DNA from: Rhodococcus sp. NPDC127593 | Lineage (GTDB): Bacteria; Actinomycetota; Actinomycetes; Mycobacteriales; Mycobacteriaceae | Direction of reading: 5' to 3' | DNA length: 24,000 nt | Assembly: GCF_042671975.1 (NCBI RefSeq) | Contig: NZ_JBHXWI010000006.1 | Span: forward strand, 61,520 to 85,519 | Shown: piece after piece, positions 14,433-22,802 of the stretch | Layout of the letters: the number at the start of each line of letters is the position of its first letter | Position numbering within the stretch: position 1 is the first letter of the stretch | Translations under genes and position numbers: made by a program | Notes under the pieces: generated by a model | What the model was told of the DNA's origin: nothing | Seen by the model: the letters and a program-made list of their open reading frames with translations, nothing else | The model's database searches: none

Positions 14433-15979
14433 CAGCGGCCACCCTGTTCGGCCGTTCCGAGCGTGACGTCGACGGTCTTGGTATTGGATCCGTTCCCGTC
14501 GGTGTAGGTGATCGACACATTGTCTCCCGGTGCGTGTGAACGGATGGCGGCGATGAGCGCGTCGCCACTGGTGATGACGCGGTCGTCGACCTCGGTGATC
14601 ACCGACCCCTTCGGAATACCCGCCTTCTCCGCCGGGCTGCCCGCCGTGACCTCGACGACGGTTGCACCGTTGGCGGCGTCCTGCGACGGGACCTGGATCC
14701 CGATGACGGCCTGGGTGGCCTTGCCTGTCTTGACCAGCTCGTCCGCGATGCGCCGGGCCTGGTCGACCGGGATCGCGAAGCCGAGTCCGATGGAGCCGCT
14801 CTGCTCGCCGGCACCGGAACCGCCGATGCTCGCGATGGCGGTGTTGATGCCGATCAGCTGGCCGTCCATGTTGACGAGGGCGCCGCCGGAGTTGCCCGGG
14901 TTGATCGCCGCATCGGTCTGGAGGGCGTCGATGACGGTGTTCTGGTTGCCGGACTCGCCGCTGGTGGACACCGGGCGATTGAGCGCCGAGATGATGCCCT
15001 CGGTGACGGTCCCGGCCAGGCCGAGGGGCGACCCGATCGCCACGACCTGCTGTCCGACCTGCACGTTGCCGGACGTTCCCAGCTCGATCGGAGTGAGGTC
15101 GGTCTTGCCGTCCACCTTGATGACCGCGAGATCGGACACCGGGTCGGCGCCGACCAGCTTGGCGTCCGCCGTGCTGCCGTCCGAGAAGGCGACCGTCAGC
15201 TTGCCGCCCTTTGCTGCCGCGCCTGCCACGTGATTGTTGGTGAGGATCATGCCGTCGGACGAGATGACGATGCCGGATCCTTCTCCACCGGAACCGCCTG
15301 CCGTCGCCACCTCGATCTGGACGACGCTCGGGACCACCTTGTTCGCGACCGCCTGCACCGAACCTGCCGGTGCATTCGCGGCCGGGGTCGCGGTGTTGTT
15401 CTTGGGGGCGTCGAGGGAGTTGGTCACCGCGGCGCCGCTGCCGTTCCGGTCGGTTGCCAGGGAGCCCACGACGCCACCGATGCCACCGCTCACGAGAGCG
15501 AGCGCCACAGCGCCCACCACGATGGCGGTTCGGGCGGGACGCTTGGTCGCGGTCGCCGTCGATCCCTCCCCGGCCTGTCCGGGGCCCTGAAGGCCGGGGA
15601 ACGGGCCCTGAGGCGCCCCGTGCTGCCCGACCCCGTGCTGGGCACCCGGGTGTCCCGGAGCGCCGTGCTGGGCACCCGGGTGTCCCGGAGCGCCGTGCTG
15701 GGCACCCGGGTGTCCCGGAGCGCCGTGCTGAGGCTGCCCGAACTGCTGGGCGGGCTGCTGCGGCGCACCGTACGGATTGCCCTGGGGGTACCCGGGCGCG
15801 CCGTAGGCCTGCTGACCCATCGGACCGCCCGCGGGGTTCTGCGGAGTGGCCGGAAACTGCTCGGTCGGGTGGTAACCCGGCGTCGACTGCGGGTGGGCAG
15901 GCTGTTCGGGCCGCGCGCCCTGGTCGCCACCGGCATTGTCGCGGCTGTTGCCGTCGTGACTGTCTCGATCTTCGGTCAT
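14432..15979 (-). CDS. pepD: HtrA/PepD-type S1C serine protease with C-terminal PDZ domain
   Basis: 515 aa. A Pro/Gln/Gly-rich N-terminus and one TM are followed by ...LTNNHV..., DLAVIKV and INPGNSGGALVN (catalytic Ser), then a PDZ domain. It follows mprAB, as pepD does in mycobacteria. Confidence 0.85.
   Translation of the reverse strand: MTEDRDSHDGNSRDNAGGDQGARPEQPAHPQSTPGYHPTEQFPATPQNPAGGPMGQQAYGAPGYPQGNPYGAPQQPAQQFGQPQHGAPGHPGAQHGAPGHPGAQHGAPGHPGAQHGVGQHGAPQGPFPGLQGPGQAGEGSTATATKRPARTAIVVGAVALALVSGGIGGVVGSLATDRNGSGAAVTNSLDAPKNNTATPAANAPAGSVQAVANKVVPSVVQIEVATAGGSGGEGSGIVISSDGMILTNNHVAGAAAKGGKLTVAFSDGSTADAKLVGADPVSDLAVIKVDGKTDLTPIELGTSGNVQVGQQVVAIGSPLGLAGTVTEGIISALNRPVSTSGESGNQNTVIDALQTDAAINPGNSGGALVNMDGQLIGINTAIASIGGSGAGEQSGSIGLGFAIPVDQARRIADELVKTGKATQAVIGIQVPSQDAANGATVVEVTAGSPAEKAGIPKGSVITEVDDRVITSGDALIAAIRSHAPGDNVSITYTDGNGSNTKTVDVTLGTAEQGGR
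15631..15730 (-). repeat. 30-bp in-frame tandem repeat, about 3.3 copies (encodes GAPGHPGAQH repeats)
   Basis: 15661-15690 equals 15691-15720. 15631-15660 differs at one base, and a partial copy covers 15721-15730. All lie inside the disordered N-terminus of pepD. Confidence 0.85.
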
Positions 15980-16054
15980 CGCATCACTTCCATCTCCCGC
16001 GACCGCCCGCAGGGGGCAGTCGCACCGTCTCTGTGTACGAGAGTGCCCGGTGGG

Positions 16055-16073
16055 ACTGAGAAGGTCCTGAGAC
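16055..16073 (-). promoter_or_regulatory. MprA-box-like direct repeat upstream of pepD
   Basis: The + strand reads ACTGAGAA-GGT-CCTGAGAC, with CTGAGA at 16056 and 16067 (period 11). This is the same 8+3+8 architecture as the site upstream of mprA. It lies in the mprB-pepD spacer. Confidence 0.45.
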
Positions 16074-16102
16074 CGGCCTTTGAGTTAGCCGAGACCCTGA
16101 GA

Positions 16103-17581
16103 CTATTCCGCTTCGGGTTCACCCGGAAGGACGATCCGGATGAGCGCACCGCCCCGTTCGGAGACGTCGACGGCGATCGTGCCGCCGTGCTTGACCACCA
16201 CCTGCCTGACGATCGCCAGACCCAGCCCGGAGCCGGGCATCGAGCGCGACGCCGTCGACCGGTAGAAGCGGTCGAACACCAGCTCCCGATCCTCCTCCGG
16301 AATGCCCGGTCCCGCGTCGTCGACCGTCAGCTCGAGAAGTCCGTCGCCTGCCGGTTGCATCGCGACGCGCACCTGCTCACCGGTGGGACTCCACTTTGCC
16401 GCGTTGTCGAGCACGTTGAGCACCGCCCGCGACAATCCCGCGTGGTCGCCGTACACGAACCAGGGAACGGTGACGGCGGTGAAGTCGATCTCGTTGCGCC
16501 GGCGGCGCGCCCGCTCGAGGCTCCGTTCCACCACTTCGCTGAGATCGACTCTCTCGAAGATGGTTTCCGGTGCGTCCTCGCGGGCAAGGTCCACGAGATC
16601 GCCCACCAGCTGCGAGAGTTCCTCGATCTGCGCCACCACGTCGGTGCGCAGTTCGGCCATGTCCTCGTCCGGAATATGCGGTGCGCCAGGACGACTCGAC
16701 GCGATCAGCAATTCCATGTTGGTGCGCAACGAGGTGAGCGGCGTCCGCAGTTCGTGTCCCGCGTCGGCGACGAGCCTGCTCTGCCGCTCCCGCGATTCCG
16801 CGAGCGCCCTCAGCATCGTGTTGAAACTCTCGGTGAGCCGGGCGAGTTCGTCGTTGCCCGTCACCGGCATGGGCGTCAGGTCGTCCGTCCGTGCCACCCG
16901 TTCCGTGGCGGCGGTGAGCCGGGCGATCGGACGCAGACCGGTGCGCCCCACCGTCGTTCCGGCGGCGGCCGCGAGGACCACTCCGCACCCGCCGACGATG
17001 AACAGCACCCAGGCCAGGCGGTCCAGCACGGCGCCCGTCGGCGCCAGTCGCTGCGCGATCACCAGTGTGCTGCCGTCCTGGGTGCGCTCGGCCAGCACCC
17101 GCTGATTCTCCGCCGTCCGCAACGACGTGTCGCGCTCGCCGCGGGCCACGGACAGTTCGGGTTCACCGATGGGGACACTCGACCCCGGCGGTGTGTACGT
17201 GTCGAGGTCCGGGAAGATCAGCGCCACACTGATGTCCGTCGTGTACAGGGTCGCGCCCGCGATGTAGCGCGGATCGAACGTCACGAGATTGCTGTCGATG
17301 AGCGCCGACGCGCGGGTGCGCAGCTGGTTGTCCACATCCGCGTACAGAGCCCGCGACACCACGGCGTACGCCGCGATCGCCATGACGGCCACCGCGATGG
17401 CCACCACGGACGCAGCGAGCAGCGTCACCCGCCACCGCAACGACACCGACCGCGTCAACGGCATCGGAGGTCGCATCTCGGGCGGTAACGGAATCGGGCC
17501 TGTGGGGTACCGGGAAATGTGGTGCGAGTCGTGCTTCGCCGACCCCGACCTGTCGGCGGTCTTGTGGAACGGAACAGCCAT
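16103..17581 (-). CDS. mprB: two-component sensor histidine kinase (HAMP-HisKA-HATPase)
   Basis: ATG 17581 overlaps the mprA stop (TGATG). It has two TM segments, the H-box ADAGHELRTPLTSL, and N/G boxes (VLDNAAKWSP, DDAGPGIP, GSGLGLAIV). Confidence 0.85.
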   Translation of the reverse strand: MAVPFHKTADRSGSAKHDSHHISRYPTGPIPLPPEMRPPMPLTRSVSLRWRVTLLAASVVAIAVAVMAIAAYAVVSRALYADVDNQLRTRASALIDSNLVTFDPRYIAGATLYTTDISVALIFPDLDTYTPPGSSVPIGEPELSVARGERDTSLRTAENQRVLAERTQDGSTLVIAQRLAPTGAVLDRLAWVLFIVGGCGVVLAAAAGTTVGRTGLRPIARLTAATERVARTDDLTPMPVTGNDELARLTESFNTMLRALAESRERQSRLVADAGHELRTPLTSLRTNMELLIASSRPGAPHIPDEDMAELRTDVVAQIEELSQLVGDLVDLAREDAPETIFERVDLSEVVERSLERARRRRNEIDFTAVTVPWFVYGDHAGLSRAVLNVLDNAAKWSPTGEQVRVAMQPAGDGLLELTVDDAGPGIPEEDRELVFDRFYRSTASRSMPGSGLGLAIVRQVVVKHGGTIAVDVSERGGALIRIVLPGEPEAE

Positions 17582-18267
17582 CACGGAGGAGTCTCCCGCA
17601 GCACGTAGCCGACTCCGCGGACGGTGTGCAACAGGCGGATCTCACCGTCCGCCTCCGTCTTGCGACGCAAATACCCGATGTAGACCTCCAGCGCGTTGCC
17701 GGACGTCGGGAAGTCGTAACCCCACACCTCCTCGAGGATGCGTCCGCGGGTCAGCACCCGGCGCGGGTTGGCCATCAGCATCTCGAGGAGCGAGAACTCG
17801 GTGCGCGTCAGGCTGATGGACCGCTCGCCACGCGTCACCTCGCGAGTGACCGGGTCGAGCGTGAGGTCCTCGAACGTCATCTTCTCCGAGTCGATGCCCG
17901 GCTCCGGCGCGGCGCGGCGCAGCAGTGCACGCAGCCGGGCCAGCAACTCCTCCAGGGCGAAGGGTTTGGGCAGGTAGTCATCGGCTCCGGCGTCCAGACC
18001 CGACACCCGCTCCGACACGGAGTCGCGCGCCGTGAGGACGAGAATCGGCAGGTCGTCGCCGGTACTCCGCAGCCGTCGGCACACCTCGAGACCGTCCAGG
18101 CGCGGCATCATCACGTCGAGCACGAGCGCGTCGGGACGTGCGTTCGCCACCTTCTCGAGTGCATCGATACCGTCGACGGCCAGTTCCACCGAGTACCCGT
18201 TGAAGCTGAGAGAACGCCGCAAGGACTCCCTCACGGCGCGATCGTCGTCGACCACCAAAATGCGCAT
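17581..18267 (-). CDS. mprA: OmpR-family response regulator
   Basis: 228 aa. The receiver domain starts MRILVVDDD...[10 protein letters not shown]...LVLTARD, and the winged-helix C-terminus contains [12 protein letters not shown]...VYIGYLRRK. Gene order mprA-mprB-pepD-moaB matches M. tuberculosis Rv0981-Rv0984 as I recall it. Confidence 0.85.
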   Translation of the reverse strand: MRILVVDDDRAVRESLRRSLSFNGYSVELAVDGIDALEKVANARPDALVLDVMMPRLDGLEVCRRLRSTGDDLPILVLTARDSVSERVSGLDAGADDYLPKPFALEELLARLRALLRRAAPEPGIDSEKMTFEDLTLDPVTREVTRGERSISLTRTEFSLLEMLMANPRRVLTRGRILEEVWGYDFPTSGNALEVYIGYLRRKTEADGEIRLLHTVRGVGYVLRETPP

Positions 18268-18289
18268 ACCCGACAGTTTGGCCCGATCA

Positions 18290-18308
18290 ACTGAGATATG
18301 TCTGAGAA
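18290..18308 (-). promoter_or_regulatory. MprA-box-like direct repeat upstream of mprA
   Basis: The + strand reads ACTGAGAT-ATG-TCTGAGAA, with CTGAGA at 18291 and 18302 (period 11). It lies 23 nt upstream of the mprA ATG. Confidence 0.45.
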
Positions 18309-18336
18309 GGGACCATCGAAGTGCCCTGTTGGCCAG

Positions 18337-18945
18337 TCACTCGAGGACGCGTGGACCCGGCAGACCCCAGTTCCGCCACAGCGCCAGCACCCGCAGCGCC
18401 GACGCGAACACCGTGCCCACCACCAGCGCCACATCGGTGCCCGAACCCCACTCGCTCACCGCGACCACCAGCGCCGAACCGAGCAGCGCCGGCACCGCGT
18501 AGAAGTCCCGCTGCAGCAGCAACGGGACCTCGTTCACCAGCACGTCGCGCAAGATCCCGCCGCCGATCGCCGCCGTCCCACCGATGAGGCACGACGCGAG
18601 CGGACTCGCCCCGTGGTCGAGCGCGATCACCGCGCCCGTGCTCGCGAACAGGCCCATGCCCAGAGCGTCGAGCACCAGGATCTCCCGGCGGAGTCGCCCG
18701 ACAGTCGAATGCAGGAAGAACACCAGCAACGACATGCCGAACGACGTGCCGAGGTTCGGCCAGCTACCCAGCGACGTCGGCGGATGGATGCCCAGCAGGA
18801 CGTCGCGGACGATGCCGCCACCGAGAGCGGTGAACACACCGACCACGCACACACCGAAGATGTCGAGTCGCTTCGTCACCCCAACCAGGGCGCCCGAGGC
18901 CGCGAACACCGCGATGCCCACCAGTTCCAGGATGTACAGCAGCAC
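18337..18945 (-). CDS. trimeric intracellular cation channel (TRIC/UPF0126, YadS-like) family membrane protein
   Basis: 202 aa, GTG start. Two internal repeats each carry the glycine motif (TALGGGIVRDVLLG and AAIGGGILRDVLVN). Confidence 0.75.
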   Translation of the reverse strand: MLLYILELVGIAVFAASGALVGVTKRLDIFGVCVVGVFTALGGGIVRDVLLGIHPPTSLGSWPNLGTSFGMSLLVFFLHSTVGRLRREILVLDALGMGLFASTGAVIALDHGASPLASCLIGGTAAIGGGILRDVLVNEVPLLLQRDFYAVPALLGSALVVAVSEWGSGTDVALVVGTVFASALRVLALWRNWGLPGPRVLE

Positions 18946-19014
18946 CCGCCAAGGTTCGCACGATCACCGTCACTTCCCGGCCGGGTCCCCCAATCCCAGC
19001 TTCACGGCCTTCGA

Positions 19015-19060
19015 CCCGTGAGTACTTGTTAACCGCCCGCGGTTAACAAGTACTCACGGG
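19015..19060 (-). terminator. perfect 21-bp inverted repeat with a 4-nt loop, overlapping the rpmE2 stop codon
   Basis: cccgtgagtacttgttaaccg (19015-19035) / cccg / cggttaacaagtactcacggg (19040-19060). There is no T-tract. Its function as terminator versus operator is unresolved. Confidence 0.5.
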
Positions 19061-19308
19061 CGCGTGCGCACTCCATAGCGGCGTTCGAACTTCTCGACGC
19101 GGCCCGCGGTGTCCATCACGCGCTGCGCGCCGGTCCAGAACGGGTGCGACTCGCTGGTCACGTCCACGACCACCAGCGGATAGGTGTTGCCGTCCGCCCA
19201 TTCGACGGTGCGGTCGCTGGTTACCGTGGACCGCGTGAGAAACGTGGTTCCGGTGCTCGCGTCCTGGAACACCACGGGGTGGTAGTCGGGGTGGATGTCG
19301 GACTTCAT
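19054..19308 (-). CDS. rpmE2: 50S ribosomal protein L31 type B (Cys-less, zinc-independent paralog)
   Basis: ATG 19308 overlaps the upstream stop (ATGA). The sequence [16 protein letters not shown]...[25 protein letters not shown] has no CxxC motif. Confidence 0.88.
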   Translation of the reverse strand: MKSDIHPDYHPVVFQDASTGTTFLTRSTVTSDRTVEWADGNTYPLVVVDVTSESHPFWTGAQRVMDTAGRVEKFERRYGVRTRP

Positions 19309-20570
19309 TCGTGTCCCTCTCTCGATTCGGGTTCTGCGTAGGGTGATTCGCTGCTCTCGCAGGGATCTTCGTGGAACTGCCCGAACGGGTCGGGCCACGA
19401 CCGCCATCCCGCTTCGTCCGCGAGTTCGTCGTCGGTGACGAGCGCCCACTGCAACGTGCGGTCGATCTCGGTGGGGTCGGCCGCGTGCACCAGCACCACC
19501 ATCGACGTGTGCCGGTCACCGAAGCGCTCGTTCCAGCACAGCGCGGCCATCGCGCGGCGCGCAGTCGGGACCTGTTCCTGTTCCTCCGGGGTCATCGCGG
19601 CCAGCCAGCGGTCGGCACTGGCCACCCGCAGTCCCCCACCGGCCGACTCGAGCCACAGTGCCTCGTCCGGCTGCGTCGCGACCCACACGCGTCCGCGCGA
19701 CGTGACGACACCGTCGAGGAGCACGTCCACGGCCTCGTGCAGCCGTTCCGGATGGAACGGCCGGGTGGCGGTGAACTCGACGAGCACGACGCCGCAGTCG
19801 TGGGACAGCGGCGGCTGCCCGCGCAGCAGCGGTGAGTGCGCGTGGGACGGCTCACCGCGCCGCGCGCCGGCCGGGATGTCGAGGATCAGGCGCTCGACGT
19901 CGAGCGCGTTCCCGCCCCAGACGATCGGCGCTCGAGGTGCCAGCCGGGCCAGGACGGCGTGGAGCCGGGCCTGCTGCCAGCCGTCGCCGGCACTGCCCGA
20001 CACCACCAGGGCGTCGGCGAAGTCCACCTGCCCGACCGCGACCTGCGCGACGGTGCGGTCGTCGTCCAGTGCGTCGTCGCCGGTGGCGTCGGCCAGCCAC
20101 GATGCCGCGTCGAGGCAGGTGACGACGCCGTCGACGCGAACGTCCCTCGATGCCGGACCGTCGATCTGCCCCACCACACCGGACACCGCCACGTGCTCGA
20201 CCGCCCAGCACACCGCCTCGGGCTCGAGCCGGCGGTCGAGGTGCAGCACGATGCGCTGCACCGAACTGCGGGTGTGCAGGCGGCGGAGCAGCGGGAGAAG
20301 GTCGACGCGCAGCGTGCAGGAGATGCAGCCGTGCGCCAGTTCGAGGATGCCGCGGCGCTCGCGCGGCGCCCCCGACTCCAGCGTGGTGACGGTGCGGCGC
20401 ACGACGCCTTCGTGCACGAGGTCGAGATCGTGATGCACGACGACGGTGCCTTCCCGGAGCAGCGACCGCGCCGTGTCCTCGGTGGGGCGGTTCCACCCGG
20501 ACACCAGGATCAGCGGAGTCCGGCCGTCGAGTATCTCACTCACGAGCACCCTTTCGATAACGATTGTCAT
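19305..20570 (-). CDS. COG0523/CobW-like putative zinc metallochaperone with a degenerate P-loop
   Basis: 421 aa. The N-terminus reads ...[16 protein letters not shown] where GxxGxGK[ST] is expected, and [12 protein letters not shown] replaces the CxCC motif. The C-terminal CobW-C-like region contains [19 protein letters not shown]. The start is uncertain: ATG 20570 lies inside Zur box 1, and the alternatives are GTG 20549 and GTG 20543. Confidence 0.65.
   Translation of the reverse strand: MTIVIERVLVSEILDGRTPLILVSGWNRPTEDTARSLLREGTVVVHHDLDLVHEGVVRRTVTTLESGAPRERRGILELAHGCISCTLRVDLLPLLRRLHTRSSVQRIVLHLDRRLEPEAVCWAVEHVAVSGVVGQIDGPASRDVRVDGVVTCLDAASWLADATGDDALDDDRTVAQVAVGQVDFADALVVSGSAGDGWQQARLHAVLARLAPRAPIVWGGNALDVERLILDIPAGARRGEPSHAHSPLLRGQPPLSHDCGVVLVEFTATRPFHPERLHEAVDVLLDGVVTSRGRVWVATQPDEALWLESAGGGLRVASADRWLAAMTPEEQEQVPTARRAMAALCWNERFGDRHTSMVVLVHAADPTEIDRTLQWALVTDDELADEAGWRSWPDPFGQFHEDPCESSESPYAEPESREGHE
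20555..20569. promoter_or_regulatory. Zur-box-like 7-1-7 palindrome, box 1
   Basis: CGATAAC-G-ATTGTCA, compared with the actinobacterial Zur consensus I recall as TGAAAAT-N-ATTTTCA. It sits at the 5' end of the COG0523-like gene. Confidence 0.55.
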
Positions 20571-20608
20571 TACGTGGACAGAACGCTACATTGGAATCAC
20601 GTCGTTGT

Positions 20609-20623
20609 CGAAAATGATTGTCA
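20609..20623. promoter_or_regulatory. Zur-box-like 7-1-7 palindrome, box 2
   Basis: CGAAAAT-G-ATTGTCA lies 54 bp from box 1 in the same orientation. It directly abuts a TAACCT -10-like hexamer (20624-20629) upstream of rpmB2. Confidence 0.6.
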
Positions 20624-20667
20624 TAACCTCTTGGGGCGCCCCCGCGAGAGGACAGAGAGGAACGCCC

Positions 20668-20904
20668 ATGTCGGCGCACTGCCAGGTGACCGGACGCCAG
20701 CCAGGATTCGGCAAGTCCGTGTCGCACTCCCACCAGCGCACCAACCGGCGCTGGGATCCGAACATCCAGAAGAAGACCTACCTCCTGCCCAGCGAGGGCC
20801 GTCGGGTCACCCTCACGCTCTCCGCAAAGGGCATCAAGACCATCGACCGGGACGGCATCGAGGCCGTCGTCGCCCGAATCCGCGCCCGCGGGGAGAGGAT
20901 CTGA
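20668..20904 (+). CDS. rpmB2: 50S ribosomal protein L28, Cys-poor (zinc-independent) paralog
   Basis: ATG 20668 follows [42 protein letters not shown]... is a canonical L28 N-terminus but carries a single Cys instead of CxxC pairs. Confidence 0.88.
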   Translation: MSAHCQVTGRQPGFGKSVSHSHQRTNRRWDPNIQKKTYLLPSEGRRVTLTLSAKGIKTIDRDGIEAVVARIRARGERI

Positions 20905-21071
20905 TGGCCGCCCGCAACGAGATCCGCCCGATCGTGAAGCTGAAGTCGACCGCAGGCACGGGATACACGTACGTGACCCGCAAGAATCGCCGCAACGACC
21001 CGGACCGCCTCGTGATGAAGAAGTACGACCCGCTCGTGCGGAAGCACGTCGATTTCCGAGAAGAGAAGTAG
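20904..21071 (+). CDS. rpmG2: 50S ribosomal protein L33, Cys-less paralog
   Basis: ATG 20904 overlaps the rpmB2 stop (TGATG). [55 protein letters not shown], 55 aa, has no Cys. Confidence 0.88.
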   Translation: MAARNEIRPIVKLKSTAGTGYTYVTRKNRRNDPDRLVMKKYDPLVRKHVDFREEK

Positions 21072-21083
21072 AAGACACCGCGC

Positions 21084-21389
21084 ATGGCAAAGAAGTCGAA
21101 GATCGCGAAGAACGAGCAACGCAAGATCGTCGTGGCGCGCTGGGCCGAGCGCCGCGCAGAGCTGAAGGAGACCATCCGCCGTCCGTCGAGCAGCGAAGAC
21201 GAGCGCGCCGAGGCCCGCGCGGCACTGCAGCGTCTGCCCCGCGACGCGAGTCCGGTACGATTGCGCAATCGAGACGCTGCGGATGGACGTCCGCGCGGCC
21301 ACCTGAGGAAGTTCGGGCTCTCTCGCGTGCGTGTTCGCGAGATGGCGCACCGCGGGGAGCTGCCAGGCGTCCACAAGTCGAGCTGGTAA
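21084..21389 (+). CDS. rpsN2: 30S ribosomal protein S14, long (101-aa) zinc-independent form
   Basis: [20 protein letters not shown]...[42 protein letters not shown]. Confidence 0.88.
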   Translation: MAKKSKIAKNEQRKIVVARWAERRAELKETIRRPSSSEDERAEARAALQRLPRDASPVRLRNRDAADGRPRGHLRKFGLSRVRVREMAHRGELPGVHKSSW

Positions 21390-21398
21390 AGGAAGAAG

Positions 21399-21653
21399 AT
21401 GGCAGTCAAGAGAGCACCGTCGAAGAAGCCGCGTCCCGTCGAGGGCCGCAAGCCCAAGAAGAACCCGTTGTTCGCGGCCAAGATCGAGCACGTCGATTAC
21501 AAGGACATCAACCTCCTCCGCACGTTCATCTCGGACCGCGGCAAGATCCGTAGCCGCCGCGTCACGGGCCTAACCCCGCAGCAGCAGCGTCAGGTTGCCG
21601 TCGCCGTCAAGAACGCTCGCGAGATGGCTCTGCTGCCCTTCACGAGCCGGTAA
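21399..21653 (+). CDS. rpsR2: 30S ribosomal protein S18 paralog
   Basis: ...[53 protein letters not shown]. Confidence 0.88.
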
Positions 21654-21669
21654 CTCACGTAGGCACCGA

Positions 21670-21703
21670 AAAGGCCGCGTAATCCTCGGATTACGCGGCC
21701 TTT
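21670..21703. terminator. bidirectional intrinsic terminator between rpsR2 (+) and the DUF305 gene (-)
   Basis: aaaggccgcgtaatcc pairs with ggattacgcggccttt. T-runs follow on both strands (TTTCG on +, TTTTCGG on -). Confidence 0.75.
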
Positions 21704-21714
21704 CGTCATTCCGG

Positions 21715-22320
21715 TCAGCCGAGCGCGGCCTGCATGTCGGCGATCTCCCTCTGCTGGGCGGTCACGATGTCGGTGGCCATCTGCCTGGCCTCCGGGTTCT
21801 CACCGTCGGCGAGTTCGGCGTTCGCCATGTCGATCGCGCCCTCGTGGTGCTCGATCATCATGGTCAGCCATTGCCGGTCGAACTGCGTGCCCGACAGTGC
21901 CGTCAGTGCGTCCATCTGATCGGCCGGCATCATTCCGTCACCGTGGTTCATGCCGCGCATGCCGGACGTGTCGGACGTGTCGGACGTCGGAGCCGGTTGC
22001 CCCCACTGCTGGAGCCAGGTGGTCATCCGGTCCATCTCAGGCTGCTGCGCCGCCTTGATCGCGGCGGCGAAAGCGACCACGTCGGCGTTGTCGGTGTGGC
22101 CGGCGACCATGTCGGCCATCTCCACGGCCTGCGCGTGATGCGGGTACATCCCTCCCACGAACGCGACATCGGCGTCGTTGAACTGCGCCCTCGCTTCGAC
22201 GGCGGACGTCGATGCACCGGACGTCGCCGAGGTGCCTGCCGAGTCGGTGCCGCAGCCGGCCAGGACGAGAGCCGCGCCTGCCGCGGCGGCGATCAGGGCG
22301 GTGATGGTGGTAGTACGCAT
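21715..22320 (-). CDS. DUF305-family lipoprotein (His/Met-rich, metal-related)
   Basis: ATG 22320 follows GAGGAG. The lipobox is LVLAGCG. Two DUF305-like repeats are present (MYPHHAQAVEMADM and MIEHHEGAIDMAN), along with a Met-rich loop GMRGMNHGDGMMP. The track's 422-aa ORF is an over-extension. Confidence 0.75.
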   Translation of the reverse strand: MRTTTITALIAAAAGAALVLAGCGTDSAGTSATSGASTSAVEARAQFNDADVAFVGGMYPHHAQAVEMADMVAGHTDNADVVAFAAAIKAAQQPEMDRMTTWLQQWGQPAPTSDTSDTSGMRGMNHGDGMMPADQMDALTALSGTQFDRQWLTMMIEHHEGAIDMANAELADGENPEARQMATDIVTAQQREIADMQAALG

Positions 22321-22391
22321 GAGGAACTCCTCGAGATCGATTCGGGAAATGACAGTCGGATCCGCCGGGGCACAATGCCCCGGGCTCCCTG

Positions 22392-22802
22392 TCACACCCG
22401 CAGAATCGAGAGTTCCGCCAAAGAGAACACCGTCCACGGTGGTGGTCCGCGCCCCGACTGCACACGGTCGGCGCTCACCCGCGACCGTCGCGCGGCGGGA
22501 TCCACGGAATGCCACCACAGCAACATCACCGACGTCAGCGCGGCGATCACCACGATCACGCCGGCACACTGATGTCCGGTGAGATGGGGTTGCTCGCAGC
22601 CGTCCCCGCCGCAATCGTGGGGGTCTTCGGCGTGGGACGCGGTGACCGACGGCTGCTCGTGCGCCGCGCCGATCGCGGTCGGCGCGATCAGACTGTGCAT
22701 GAGGAGCACCCCGGCCGCGACGGCGATCAGCAGCGCGGCACGCGCCCCGACTGTGCGCCTCCGCCCGGCTGCCGTCTCCACACCGCCACTGTAACCGGAC
22801 AT
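22392..22802 (-). CDS. small two-TM membrane protein with a His/Cys-rich loop (DUF6153-like)
   Basis: Translation starts at ATG 22802 (MSGYSGG...). Order is TM1 ALLIAVAAGVLLMHSLI, loop HEQPSVTASHAEDPHDCGGDGCEQPHLTGHQC, TM2, then the end ...FSLAELSILRV. It pairs with the downstream DUF305 gene. The upstream part of the 291-aa track ORF is Arg/His-rich and looks non-coding. Confidence 0.55.
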   Translation of the reverse strand: MSGYSGGVETAAGRRRTVGARAALLIAVAAGVLLMHSLIAPTAIGAAHEQPSVTASHAEDPHDCGGDGCEQPHLTGHQCAGVIVVIAALTSVMLLWWHSVDPAARRSRVSADRVQSGRGPPPWTVFSLAELSILRV

